Shown here one piece after another: positions 11,100 through 20,119 of a stretch of DNA of 64,000 nt; position 1 is the first letter of the stretch, and every line of letters begins with the position of its first letter. The notes below the pieces were generated by a model that saw nothing but the letters and a program-made list of their open reading frames with translations, had not been told where the DNA came from and made no database searches. The stretch is from assembly GCA_028818855.1 (NCBI GenBank), contig JAPPMY010000248.1, forward strand, positions 26,330 to 90,329, read 5' to 3'. The translations under genes and the position numbers were made by a program. The stretch comes from Rhodospirillales bacterium (lineage in GTDB: Bacteria; Pseudomonadota; Alphaproteobacteria; UBA828).

Positions 11100-13091
11100 T
11101 CAAGCAGGCGCGGTGTCGCCCGACTCGCCATCGTAGCGCAGCACGATGCAGGTGATGTCGTCCGACTGCTCGGCGCCTCCGGCGAACTCGACCACGGCAC
11201 TGGTCACGTTCGTGAGCACGGCGTCGACGGGCAGCTCGTGGCCATCGGCCAGGACTGCCTCCAGACGGGCCTCGGTGAACTCTTCCTCGTCCACGTTCAT
11301 GGCCTCGGTGATGCCGTCGGTGTAGAGGAACATCGTGTCTCCCGGCGCCATCGTCGTCGCATCTTCGTTGTAGGGCAGGCCCGGCATGACGCCGACGGCC
11401 ATGCCCCCCGTCATCGGCAGCGGAGAGACTTCGCCGGGGCGCCTGACCACGAACGGCGGATTGTGCCCGGCATTAGCGTAGACGAACTCGCCCGTGCCGG
11501 GGTCCAGGATGCCATAGAAGAGCGTCACGAACAGGTCCTGGGGGTTCTGCTCGCAGATCGCGTCGTTGACCTCCTCCAGACAGGGGCCGGGCGTGGGATG
11601 CCGGGCCGCCGCCGCGCGCATGACGGTTCGCGCGATCGCCATGAAGAACGCCGCCGGCACGCCCTTGCCGGAGACGTCCGCCATGACCACGCTGAGGCGG
11701 CCGTCGTCGAGGGTGAAGAAGTCGTAGAAGTCGCCGCCCATCTCGCGTGCGGGGGTCATGAGCGCTTGCCCAGAGTAGGCCGGATCGTCGGGCAGCGTCT
11801 TGGGCAGGATCGCGCCCTGCAGGGCGTGCGCGATCTTCAGCTCCGACTCCATGCGCTCCTTCGCCCTTTCGAGCTGGGCGTTCGACTCCTGCAGGTCGCG
11901 CGTGCGGGCACGCACCATGCTTTCCAGGTATTCCTCGCGCGCCTGAACCTGGCGCACCATGTTCTGAAACACGCGGACCAGGGTGCCGAGCTCGTCCCGC
12001 CTCGCGGCGACGGGGTCGAGGGTCTCGGGAGCGAAGCTCAGGGTGTCGGTATCCACCTCCGCCGCCGCCGTGGTCAGCGCCGTCACCGGCTGCACGATGC
12101 GGCGCGCCGAGATGGCGGCGATGATCGAGCCGATGGCGAAGGCCGCCGCCGCGACGATCAGCCCGTACTTGACGTGGTCCGCGAACAGCCGGTCCAGGTG
12201 ATCGCGGTCCATGTGGAGCACGGCGGCGCCGGTGGCGACACCGCCGCGGTCGAGAATCGGCGCCGCCACATGGAGGGCATTGTCGCCGAGGTAGGACATG
12301 GAGCCGTCGATACCCAGGGCGCGCGTGGCGAGATCCTCGTCCTCTGCCAGGAGCGACGCGCCCGCCAACGGACCGTCCTCGCCTTCGAATGCGGACATGC
12401 CGATCAGATCGAGCAGATCGTTGACGACCCAGATCGCCTGGATCGCTTCTCGTCCGGCCAGCGAATCCAGCGCGGCCTCGATGCCGATGATTTCGCCGGG
12501 ACCGCTGGTTTCGGTCGCCAGCGTGCCGACGAGGACCGCTGCGTGATTGCTGGCACGAACCCCCACGTACTTCATGGGCTTTTCCCACCCGCCGGGCGGG
12601 TTCGACTGGAAGGTAACCGAGAAGCGCCGACCGGTGACCAGCGCCTCCACGACGCGGGGATCGATGCCGGCGGACGCGAGATCCGGGGGCCAGCTCTCGC
12701 TCAGTCCGTCGACCGCGCGCACGTGCGGCTCGCCGTCTTCGTCCAGAAGCCAGATGTCATCGACGGCGCTGTCCGCCGTCAGCTTGGCGAAGTAGGCGCG
12801 GAGGGCTTCGTAGCCGCCTTCCTCCTCGTCGTGGTCGTGGTTTTCCAGGTTGCGGGCGATCGCCAGCGCCTGCGCCTCCATCTGGCTGACGATCATGCGG
12901 TCGATCTCGTCGACGGTGAGTTCGGCCCGATTGGCGGCGCTCGCGATCAACCCGGCGACGAGCCGGGCCTGATCCTCGGCCTGCTCGATCAGCGCGTCGC
13001 GCGCAAGTAATCCCATCGCCACCGAAACGCCGGCGATGGCCACGCCGACGGACGCGGCAACCGTGATGATCAGGCGTCTCGAGAGGGTCAA
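11100..13091 (-). CDS. transmembrane sensor PP2C (SpoIIE/RsbU-like) serine phosphatase with HAMP domain
   Basis: 663 aa with a TTG start per the ORF track. Domain order: TM1 (LIITVAASVGVAIAGVSVAMGLL), a periplasmic domain of about 290 aa, TM2 (YGLIVAAAAFAIGSIIAAI), HAMP (RRIVQPVTALTTAAAEV...LGTLVRVFQNM), coiled coil, then PP2C (GGDFYDFF...VVMADVSGKGVPAAFFMA...FLYTDGITEA...QSDDITCIVLRY). Confidence 0.88.
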   Translation of the reverse strand: MTLSRRLIITVAASVGVAIAGVSVAMGLLARDALIEQAEDQARLVAGLIASAANRAELTVDEIDRMIVSQMEAQALAIARNLENHDHDEEEGGYEALRAYFAKLTADSAVDDIWLLDEDGEPHVRAVDGLSESWPPDLASAGIDPRVVEALVTGRRFSVTFQSNPPGGWEKPMKYVGVRASNHAAVLVGTLATETSGPGEIIGIEAALDSLAGREAIQAIWVVNDLLDLIGMSAFEGEDGPLAGASLLAEDEDLATRALGIDGSMSYLGDNALHVAAPILDRGGVATGAAVLHMDRDHLDRLFADHVKYGLIVAAAAFAIGSIIAAISARRIVQPVTALTTAAAEVDTDTLSFAPETLDPVAARRDELGTLVRVFQNMVRQVQAREEYLESMVRARTRDLQESNAQLERAKERMESELKIAHALQGAILPKTLPDDPAYSGQALMTPAREMGGDFYDFFTLDDGRLSVVMADVSGKGVPAAFFMAIARTVMRAAAARHPTPGPCLEEVNDAICEQNPQDLFVTLFYGILDPGTGEFVYANAGHNPPFVVRRPGEVSPLPMTGGMAVGVMPGLPYNEDATTMAPGDTMFLYTDGITEAMNVDEEEFTEARLEAVLADGHELPVDAVLTNVTSAVVEFAGGAEQSDDITCIVLRYDGESGDTAPA

Positions 13092-13146
13092 CGGCGGTGT
13101 CCGGCAGTGGTGTACACCCGATGCTGGCGCCGGGCGCGGGGCGCTG

Positions 13147-13824
13147 TCACGGCAGCGGAGTCCCGGGGAGGTCGGTCGTCTCTTCCAGCGGCCGATGCAC
13201 CCGCCGCCTGATGTGCCTGCTCAGCCAGTTCATTCCAAGCGTCAGCAGGATGCTGAACCCGAGGAACCAGATCATGGCCCAGAGATAGACCCAGAGTGCC
13301 AGCCCGATCTCGTCGACGGCACCGATGACCGTATCCGCCCGGCGCACGAGTTCCGGCACGCCGATCACCGAGGCGGTGCTGGAGGCCATGACGATGATCA
13401 GGAAATAGCTGGTCCAGGCCGGCACGAAGAGCAGCGCCTCCGCCATCTCGTGGCGGCGCATGTGGCGGATCGCGGCGAGCGCGTTGTCCGACACGTAGCC
13501 GGCGACCGCGATCCCCAGCGCAAGCGACGCCTTGATCCAGGCCGGGAACGTCGCGGCGGCACCGAAGAGCGTGAACTCGGTCGGGATGATGTAGGCCAGA
13601 TAGAACAGCATGACGAAGGTCGGCGCATTGCGGGCCAGCGTCGTCAGCCCGCTGCCGCCGTGCCGCGCGCCCCAGTTGGAACCGCCCCGCAGCAGCGCGA
13701 GAACGATTCCGACGATCGTTCCGATCGCCATGGCGAGCAGGGAGACGATGATGTTCCAGCCGAACCCCTCCGCCAGGAAGGGCGACCAGACCCAGAGGAC
13801 GTCGATCGTCTCCCCTGCCGTCAT
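13147..13824 (-). CDS. polar amino-acid ABC transporter permease (HisM/GlnP family)
   Basis: 225 aa, about 5 TM segments. ATGA start/stop overlap with the upstream gene at 13821-13824. Permease core: TTLARNAPTFVMLFYLAYIIP...ASSTASVIGVPELV. Confidence 0.85.
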   Translation of the reverse strand: MTAGETIDVLWVWSPFLAEGFGWNIIVSLLAMAIGTIVGIVLALLRGGSNWGARHGGSGLTTLARNAPTFVMLFYLAYIIPTEFTLFGAAATFPAWIKASLALGIAVAGYVSDNALAAIRHMRRHEMAEALLFVPAWTSYFLIIVMASSTASVIGVPELVRRADTVIGAVDEIGLALWVYLWAMIWFLGFSILLTLGMNWLSRHIRRRVHRPLEETTDLPGTPLP

Positions 13825-15422
13825 CGCGTCGTCGCCCTGCCACGCTCAAACCGGCGGAAGAGCTGCACGGTGATGATGACCAGGACGAAGTAGCAGATAA
13901 GGAGAAGGTTCATCATCACGTCGGCATTGCCCTTCTCCGCCACGATCGACGTGCTGGCGTGAACCAGCTCGGGCAGAGCGAGAGTGCTGGCCATGCCGGT
14001 CGCCTTCACGATATTGGCGGAGTTGCCCATGATCGCGGCGTAGCAGAGCCCGAACGCCCGATTCATGTCCCGCGGCGTGAACTTCAGCCTGTTGCCGCCC
14101 GTGGCGGCCACGTCGGCAGCCAGCGAGAACGCGATCGCGTTGCTCGAAGCGGCGTAGAGCGAGAGCACCACGGAAGCGACCAGGAAGGCGTCGAGCGTGA
14201 ATCCGAGCGACAGCAGCACACCGCCAAGGCCGAAGAACACGATGTAGAGCTGCAGCAGCGGGGGGGTCATGCGGAGGAACTCGCTGAATCCCCGCAGGAA
14301 GTGGCTGACACCCGGCACCCGCCGGTGCATCAGCCAGCCGAAGATCACGCCAATCAGGATGCTGCCGACGACCGTGATGACGGAGAGCGCCGCGGTGAGC
14401 GCCAGGCCATAGAGGAAGACATCGCGGTCCAGCGGGTCGTAGAGGATGCTGATGTCGAGGCCCGTCACCTCCATGATCGTCAGCGAGAAGCCCGAAAGGC
14501 CGCCGATGCCGCTGCCGGTGACGAGCGCGACCACCCGGCATTCGAGCGGCCACTGGCCCTGCTCGTTCCGCTGGCATTTCAGCTCTCCGGCCTCGTCCGT
14601 CTCCTGCCAGGTCGTTCGCGCGTCCCGCAGGAAGGGAGACGGCGGCAGGCCCCACTTCTTCTCCAGCGACTGCAGGAAGCCGTCGCGATGCCACCCGGCC
14701 AGCGTATCGCCCATCAGCCTGTCGAGTGGACCGCCGCCCTCCTCCTTGGCGATGGCGACGGCCCAGGGCAGCACGAAGCGTGTCGGCAGCGAGACGCTGA
14801 AGCCATCCCACTCGCCGCTCTCGATCTCGTGGAGAAGGAGGACCTCGTCGTAGATCCAGCCGACGCAGTGTTCGTTGCGCAACCCCTGGCTGGCCTCGCG
14901 GGTGCTGTTGAACGCGGTCACGTCGAGCAGCAGCCGCTGCTTGGCAAGACGGTTCCAGAGCGAACCCTGAAGCCCGCAGACGGTCTGCCCGCGCAGGTCG
15001 GCCCAAGTGCCGATCTTGGCGCTGTCCCGCAGCAGCACGTTGGCGCCGTCGCCGTAGTATTGCGGCTCGATCATGGTGACCAGCTCGCGGCGGCTGCGGG
15101 TGTCGCCCATGGTGGCGGCGACGATGTCGATCTCGCCGCGTCCCACCTTCTGCAGGCGGTTGGCGCTGGTCACCGGCTCCAGCCGGAGCTCGACACCGAT
15201 CGCCTCCGCGAAGCCGCGCGCCACGTCCACGTCGTAGCCGATCAGCGTGCCCTCCATGTCGCGGAACCCGAAGGGCGCGTAGTCCTCCTTCACGCCGACA
15301 GTCACGTACCCCCGGTCCCTGATCTCCTGCAGCCGGTCGGCAAGCGCAGGAGAGGCCAGGCCCGCCCAGGCGACGAGGGCCACGGCGCAGAGCAGGCGCC
15401 ACGGTGGAATTCGCAGGGTCAT
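13821..15422 (-). CDS. fusion protein: family-3 solute-binding domain + polar amino-acid ABC permease domain
   Basis: 533 aa. Signal peptide (LLCAVALVAWAGLASPALA), an SBP_bac_3-like region of about 270 aa (GYVTVGVKEDYAPFGFRD...GYDVDVARGFAEAIGV...IDIVAATMGDT), then a permease (FLRMTPPLLQLYIVFFGLG...GMASTLALPELV). Confidence 0.85.
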   Translation of the reverse strand: MTLRIPPWRLLCAVALVAWAGLASPALADRLQEIRDRGYVTVGVKEDYAPFGFRDMEGTLIGYDVDVARGFAEAIGVELRLEPVTSANRLQKVGRGEIDIVAATMGDTRSRRELVTMIEPQYYGDGANVLLRDSAKIGTWADLRGQTVCGLQGSLWNRLAKQRLLLDVTAFNSTREASQGLRNEHCVGWIYDEVLLLHEIESGEWDGFSVSLPTRFVLPWAVAIAKEEGGGPLDRLMGDTLAGWHRDGFLQSLEKKWGLPPSPFLRDARTTWQETDEAGELKCQRNEQGQWPLECRVVALVTGSGIGGLSGFSLTIMEVTGLDISILYDPLDRDVFLYGLALTAALSVITVVGSILIGVIFGWLMHRRVPGVSHFLRGFSEFLRMTPPLLQLYIVFFGLGGVLLSLGFTLDAFLVASVVLSLYAASSNAIAFSLAADVAATGGNRLKFTPRDMNRAFGLCYAAIMGNSANIVKATGMASTLALPELVHASTSIVAEKGNADVMMNLLLICYFVLVIITVQLFRRFERGRATTR

Positions 15423-15873
15423 GCGACCGGCCGCGCTTGCGGCGCGGAGGCGATGGACCGGGCGGCGCAGCCGCCCCGCTGGGCCGCTTCACTGGGGAGT
15501 GGTGGGACCGGCACGCGCTTGCGCATCAATCCGTCCGCGCCCTGGCAACACGACCCACGGAGGCCCGACAACATGCGAGGGCCGCAGCGCCTCGGAGGTC
15601 GATGATCGTCGCGCAAATCATCGTTACCGCTCCACTTGACGCAAACCAGAACCGGAGATCTGGGGAATGGAACGCGTCCTCCCGGCCGTTGCCATGATGC
15701 CGCCGGCCGCAGCGACGAAAAATCCTATCCGATATGGCCAAGGGACGAAATAGAGTATCGTGCCGCACGGGTGGAACCAGTTCCTGCCGTATTTTCCAGC
15801 GTCGCCGTGCTGCAGGGGGCCGGTGCGCGGGCACCGTGGCCCGCGGGAAGCGCGGCGGATCTTTGGGGGAAGC

Positions 15874-16821
15874 ATGACCGGCTTCAGTCATCGTCTGCGC
15901 CTCGCCTTGCCGCGACGTCGGGCGCCGCTCCGGTATGGAGGCGCCCTTCTTGCGCTCGTCATGCTGGCGTCGTCGGGAGCGCCACGCCTCGCACCGCCGG
16001 TGCACGCCGCCGCCGACGGCGTGCTCGCCAAGATCGAGGCGGAGGGAGTCATTCACGCCGGCACCAGGGCGAGCGCGCCACCTTTCGCGCGGAAGCTCGA
16101 AGCCGGCGGCTTCGAGGGTTTCTCGGTTGACCTGCTGGAATTGATCCGGGTCGCTGCGGAGGAAAAGGTGGGCCGGCCGGTCGCGCTGGAGCTTCACGAG
16201 GTGACGCCGGGCGACCGGCTCCAGCGGGTCGCCGGGGGCGAGCTCGACATCGTGTGCGGCATCACGACGCCGACCTGGGAACGCGAGGTTCTGGTCGACT
16301 TCTCGGTGCCGTTCTTCCGCGACGGCACGCGCATCCTGACCTACCGGGAGCATGCCACGGGCGGAGTCGATCTCGGCATGTTCGATATCGGCGTGGTCGA
16401 AGGCACGACCACCGTCGCGATCGTCAGCGACGAGCTGCCGACGGCGAACCTGCACCTCTTCCCCACTATGAGGGACGCCATGACCGCGCTTGCGGCCGGC
16501 GAGGTGAAGGGCGTCGCAAACATCGGCATCACGCTGCTCGGCCTCGCGGCAAAGGCGAAACCGCGCCGGAGCGTGGTCCTGCTTCCCCGCACCTACGCGC
16601 TCGCCATGGAGACGCTGGCCTGCGTGCTTCCGCAGAATGACAGCTTGTGGCGCGACACCGTCAACCGGGTCATCATCGACATCTTCAGCGGCGTCGAGGA
16701 CTCCAACAGCCGCTACGACGAGATCTACGACCGCTGGTTCGGGCGCCACAGCGAGATCTTCTATCCGCTCGACCGCGACAACCGGTCCTACCTGAGCACG
16801 GTATCGATCTGGGCGCGTTGA
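15874..16821 (+). CDS. family-3 (polar amino acid) periplasmic solute-binding protein
   Basis: ORF 15760..16821 trimmed to ATG 15874 after GGGGGA. Signal peptide ALLALVMLASSGAP. Motifs GVIHAGTRASAPPFA...GFSVDLLELI...LDIVCGITTPTWERE. Confidence 0.82.
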   Translation: MTGFSHRLRLALPRRRAPLRYGGALLALVMLASSGAPRLAPPVHAAADGVLAKIEAEGVIHAGTRASAPPFARKLEAGGFEGFSVDLLELIRVAAEEKVGRPVALELHEVTPGDRLQRVAGGELDIVCGITTPTWEREVLVDFSVPFFRDGTRILTYREHATGGVDLGMFDIGVVEGTTTVAIVSDELPTANLHLFPTMRDAMTALAAGEVKGVANIGITLLGLAAKAKPRRSVVLLPRTYALAMETLACVLPQNDSLWRDTVNRVIIDIFSGVEDSNSRYDEIYDRWFGRHSEIFYPLDRDNRSYLSTVSIWAR

Positions 16822-16940
16822 CGGCGTCCGCCGCAGCGCTTCCGCTGCCGCGGTCGAACGCCCGCCCCGAGTGATGATATAGTGTAACCTTCTGCACCGG
16901 CCGCCAGGGCATACCGCCGCGCTGCCAGATCGAGGAACGA

Positions 16941-17447
16941 ATGGACGCCCCACCCGCCGACCGGCCCGCCTTCCACGACGGCAGGCACGCGCATCAGGGC
17001 TGCGTCGCGGACGCGCTGGCCCGCGCCGAGGACGTGTGCCGCCAGCGCGGCGCCCGCCTCACCCCCTTGCGGCGCAGGGTGCTGGAGCTGGTCTGGGACA
17101 GTCATCGGGCGGTCAAGGCCTACGACCTGCTGGCAGCGCTCGGCGAAACCGCGGGTGCCGCGAAGCCACCGACGGTCTACCGCACCCTCGAGTTCCTGAT
17201 GGAGCACGGCCTGGTTCACCGCATCGACAGTCTCAACGCCTTCGTCGGCTGCCCGCAGCCCGGCGAGGGCCACAGCGCCCAGTTCCTGATCTGCGGCGAC
17301 TGCGGCGAGGTCTCGGAGATGAACGCGGCCAGCATCGACCGCGCCGTGGCTGACCGGGCTGCGGACTCGGGCTTCGCGCTCTCGCGCGCGATCATCGAGC
17401 TGCACGGCAAATGTTCGCAGTGCGCGACGCCCCCGCAGAGCGGGTGA
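16941..17447 (+). CDS. zur: Fur-family zinc uptake regulator Zur
   Basis: 168 aa. LTPLRRRVLELVWDSHRAVKAYDLLAAL (wHTH). Cys pairs CGDCG...CSQC. Directly followed by znuCB. Confidence 0.88.
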   Translation: MDAPPADRPAFHDGRHAHQGCVADALARAEDVCRQRGARLTPLRRRVLELVWDSHRAVKAYDLLAALGETAGAAKPPTVYRTLEFLMEHGLVHRIDSLNAFVGCPQPGEGHSAQFLICGDCGEVSEMNAASIDRAVADRAADSGFALSRAIIELHGKCSQCATPPQSG

Positions 17448-18250
17448 GCGGACGGCCCGCCGCCGCCGGGCCGCTGCTCGCCTCGGGCCGCGACCTGGTG
17501 GTGCGCTATCGCGGCCGCGCGGTGCTGGACCGGGTATCGATCGAGGTCCATCGCCGGGAGGTGGTGAGCCTGATCGGGCCGAACGGGGCGGGCAAGACCA
17601 CCGCGGTGCGCGCGCTGCTCGGTCTCATCAAGCCCGATGCCGGAGCGGTCCATCTCGAGCCCGGCGTCGTGGTGGGCTACGTCCCTCAGCGCTTCGAGCA
17701 GGAGGAGCTGCTGCCGCTCAGCGTGCGCCGCTTCATCGCGATGGCAGGCCGGCGCGACCGTGCCGACGCCGCCGCGGTCCTGGAGGAGGTGGGAGCGGCG
17801 GCGGTGATCGACCGCCAGCTCGCCAACCTCTCCGGCGGCGAGTTCAGGCGGGTTCTGCTCGCCCGCGCGCTCCTGCGCGATCCCGATCTGCTGGTGCTCG
17901 ACGAGCCGGTGCAGCAGGTCGACTTCTCCGGCCAGGTGGCCATGCACCGGCTGATCGGCCGCCTGCGGGATCGCCGCGGCTGCGGCGTGATCGTCATCTC
18001 CCACGACCTGCATCTCGTGCTGGGCGCCACCGACCGCGTCGTCTGCATCAACGGGCACGTCTGCTGCGCCGGTGAGCCGGAGGCGGTGAGCCGGCATCCC
18101 GAATACGTTTCGCTGTTCGGCCCGCACGCCGCTGCGGCGCTGGCGGTCTACACCCACCAACACGACCACAGTCACGGCTCTCCCGCCTCGGTGGCTCTGG
18201 TGGAGCCCGACGTACCCGGCGAGGCCCCCCCGCCCGGCGAGGCCGACTGA
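17411..18250 (+). CDS. znuC: zinc ABC transporter ATP-binding protein ZnuC
   Basis: Walker A GPNGAGKTT, signature LSGGEFRRVLLARAL, Walker B LLVLDEP, His-rich tail HQHDHSHG. The in-frame GTG at 17444 (GTGA overlap with the zur stop) is an equally plausible start. Confidence 0.88.
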   Translation: MFAVRDAPAERVSGRPAAAGPLLASGRDLVVRYRGRAVLDRVSIEVHRREVVSLIGPNGAGKTTAVRALLGLIKPDAGAVHLEPGVVVGYVPQRFEQEELLPLSVRRFIAMAGRRDRADAAAVLEEVGAAAVIDRQLANLSGGEFRRVLLARALLRDPDLLVLDEPVQQVDFSGQVAMHRLIGRLRDRRGCGVIVISHDLHLVLGATDRVVCINGHVCCAGEPEAVSRHPEYVSLFGPHAAAALAVYTHQHDHSHGSPASVALVEPDVPGEAPPPGEAD

Positions 18251-18259
18251 GCGCGCACG

Positions 18260-19093
18260 GTGTTCGACGACTTCTTCGCGCGCGCGCTCGCCGGCGGCCT
18301 CGGCGTGGCGATCGCCACGGCGCCGCTCGGCTGCTTCATGGTGTGGCGGCGCATGGCGTACTTCGGCGATTCGGTCGCCCACAGCGCGTTGCTCGGAGTC
18401 GTGCTGGGCGTCGGCATCGGCATCGAGCCCAACGCAGGCATCGTCATCACGTGCATCGCACTCTCCCTGCTGCTGCTGCTCCTCCAGCAGCAGCGGCGGC
18501 TGGCCACCGATACGCTGCTCGGCATCATGGCGCACGGCGCGCTCGCCCTCGGCCTCGTCGGGATCAGCTTCCTCGAGACCGTGCAGGTGGACCTGATGAG
18601 CTACCTGTTCGGCGACATCCTGGCCGTGAGCGCGCGCGACCTGATCTGGATCTACGGCGGCGGCGGCGCGGTCCTGCTGGCGACGGCGCTGATCTGGCGG
18701 CCGCTGCTGGCCGTCACCGTGCACGAGGAGCTCGCGCGTGCGGAGGGCGTTCGCGTCGGCCTCGTGCGCATCGCCTTCACCCTGCTGATCGCGCTCGCGG
18801 TCGCCATCGCCATGAAGATCATCGGCCTGATCCTGATCGTGTCGCTTCTGATCATTCCGGCGGCGACGGCGCGCAGGCTCGCGCGCTCGCCCGAGCAGAT
18901 GGCCCTGCTCGCAAGCGCGATCGGGGCGGCGGCGGTGGCCGGCGGGCTCCACGGCTCGCTCGCATGGGACACGCCGTCTGGCCCCTCGATCGTGGTCGCG
19001 GCCCTCGGGCTTTTCGCGCTGACGCACGGCGGAGCGGCACTGGCCTCGGCCTTCGCGCGCCGCGTCGTTGATTCGGCCGGGCCCAATCACTAG
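18260..19093 (+). CDS. znuB: zinc ABC transporter permease ZnuB (ABC-3 family)
   Basis: 277 aa, GTG start. Polytopic: MAYFGDSVAHSALLGVVLG...LLIIPAATARRLARSPEQM. Confidence 0.9.
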   Translation: MFDDFFARALAGGLGVAIATAPLGCFMVWRRMAYFGDSVAHSALLGVVLGVGIGIEPNAGIVITCIALSLLLLLLQQQRRLATDTLLGIMAHGALALGLVGISFLETVQVDLMSYLFGDILAVSARDLIWIYGGGGAVLLATALIWRPLLAVTVHEELARAEGVRVGLVRIAFTLLIALAVAIAMKIIGLILIVSLLIIPAATARRLARSPEQMALLASAIGAAAVAGGLHGSLAWDTPSGPSIVVAALGLFALTHGGAALASAFARRVVDSAGPNH

Positions 19094-19122
19094 CTTCTGG
19101 CACTCGTCTCGGGAGAACGCGG

Positions 19123-19503
19123 ATGGCGGCGAGCGGCGCCCTGGCCCGGCAGGTGATCGAGCGGCTGCGTTTCGACGACGCGGGCCTCATCCCTGCGATC
19201 GCGCAGTCGCACGAGACCCGCGAGGTGCTGATGCTGGCCTGGATGAACGCGGACTCGGTGCGGGAGACGCTCGCGACCGGCCGCGTCTGCTACTGGTCGC
19301 GCTCGCGGCAAAAACTATGGCGCAAGGGCGAGACTTCGGGCCACACGCAGCGGCTGGTCGAGATGCGCTTCGACTGCGACAGCGACGCGCTGCTCCTGCT
19401 GGTCGACCAGACCGGCCCCGCCTGCCATACCAACCGCCCGGCCTGCTTCTACCACGCCGTGCAGGACGGCGAGATCCGCGTGATCGCCGAGCCCGTCAGT
19501 TAG
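19123..19503 (+). CDS. hisI: phosphoribosyl-AMP cyclohydrolase
   Basis: LIPAIAQSHETREVLMLAWMNADSVRETLATGRVCYWSRSRQKLWRKGETSGHTQRLVEMRFDCDSDALLLLVDQTGPACHT. Confidence 0.92.
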   Translation: MAASGALARQVIERLRFDDAGLIPAIAQSHETREVLMLAWMNADSVRETLATGRVCYWSRSRQKLWRKGETSGHTQRLVEMRFDCDSDALLLLVDQTGPACHTNRPACFYHAVQDGEIRVIAEPVS

Positions 19504-20104
19504 AGTGGCGCTCCGGATCGAGGTCGATCGTTCCGCAGCAGTTCTTGTGAACGACGACCTTGGTGACCCTCCGGTCGCGGTCGTGCAGGAAGACGATCTG
19601 CCAGCTGTCGTCCGCCTTGGTCTCCGCGATCTCAATCAGGTAGGTGGGCTGCACCTCGTTCCAGAAGTGCCCCTCGTACTCTCCGAAGAGGCGCCTGATC
19701 TCCGACACCGGCATGCCGGCATAGTCGTCCTGGCTCCTGAGCAGCGAGCAGGCCATGGCGGCGCGCGCAGGCTCGTCCCCTGCCGCAGCCCGGAACGCGG
19801 CCACGTCGAGCGGCCCCTCTCCCCAGCGCGCGCAGACCTCGCCGACGGCCATGAACTCGAAGGACCGGAGGAACTCCTTGAACGCCTCGGTCTGGAGAAG
19901 CTCCTTGAATTCCTCGGATTGGAGAAACTCCTCGAACGCCGGGGACCGGCGCGTGTCCTCATCCGCAAGCGCCTGCCAGCCGAAAGGCGCAAACACGAGC
20001 GCGAGCAGGAGGGCGCCCAGAGCGGCCACTCTCGCTGCGGTCCCTGCGAGCGGTTTCATGCTCCACCCCGCGATTCGATATCGCGCTCCCGGGGCCGGAC
20101 CCAT
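19496..20104 (-). CDS. hypothetical secreted protein with a tandem 9-aa (E/A)EF-K-E-(F/L)-L motif
   Basis: 202-aa ORF. The internal ATG at 20059 gives MKPLAGTAARVAALGALLLALVFAPFGWQALA (signal peptide). No family recognised. Coding-like amino-acid composition. Its 3' end overlaps the hisI 3' end by 8 bp. Confidence 0.5.
   Translation of the reverse strand: MGPAPGARYRIAGWSMKPLAGTAARVAALGALLLALVFAPFGWQALADEDTRRSPAFEEFLQSEEFKELLQTEAFKEFLRSFEFMAVGEVCARWGEGPLDVAAFRAAAGDEPARAAMACSLLRSQDDYAGMPVSEIRRLFGEYEGHFWNEVQPTYLIEIAETKADDSWQIVFLHDRDRRVTKVVVHKNCCGTIDLDPERHSN
19871..19951. repeat. about three tandem 27-bp units inside the hypothetical gene
   Basis: GAACTCCTTGAACGCCTCGGTCTGGAG / AAGCTCCTTGAATTCCTCGGATTGGAG / AAACTCCTCGAACGCCGGGGACCGGCG. 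These encode the SPAFEEFLQ-SEEFKELLQ-TEAFKEFLR repeats. Confidence 0.8.
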
Positions 20105-20119
20105 CGGCCGGGCGGGCGC

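Noticed and set aside
16871-16889. GTGATGATATAGTGTAACC upstream of zur as a Zur box
   Set aside because: It is AT-rich and well placed (about 50 nt upstream), but I cannot see the expected dyad symmetry. Without a position weight matrix scan it is not supportable.
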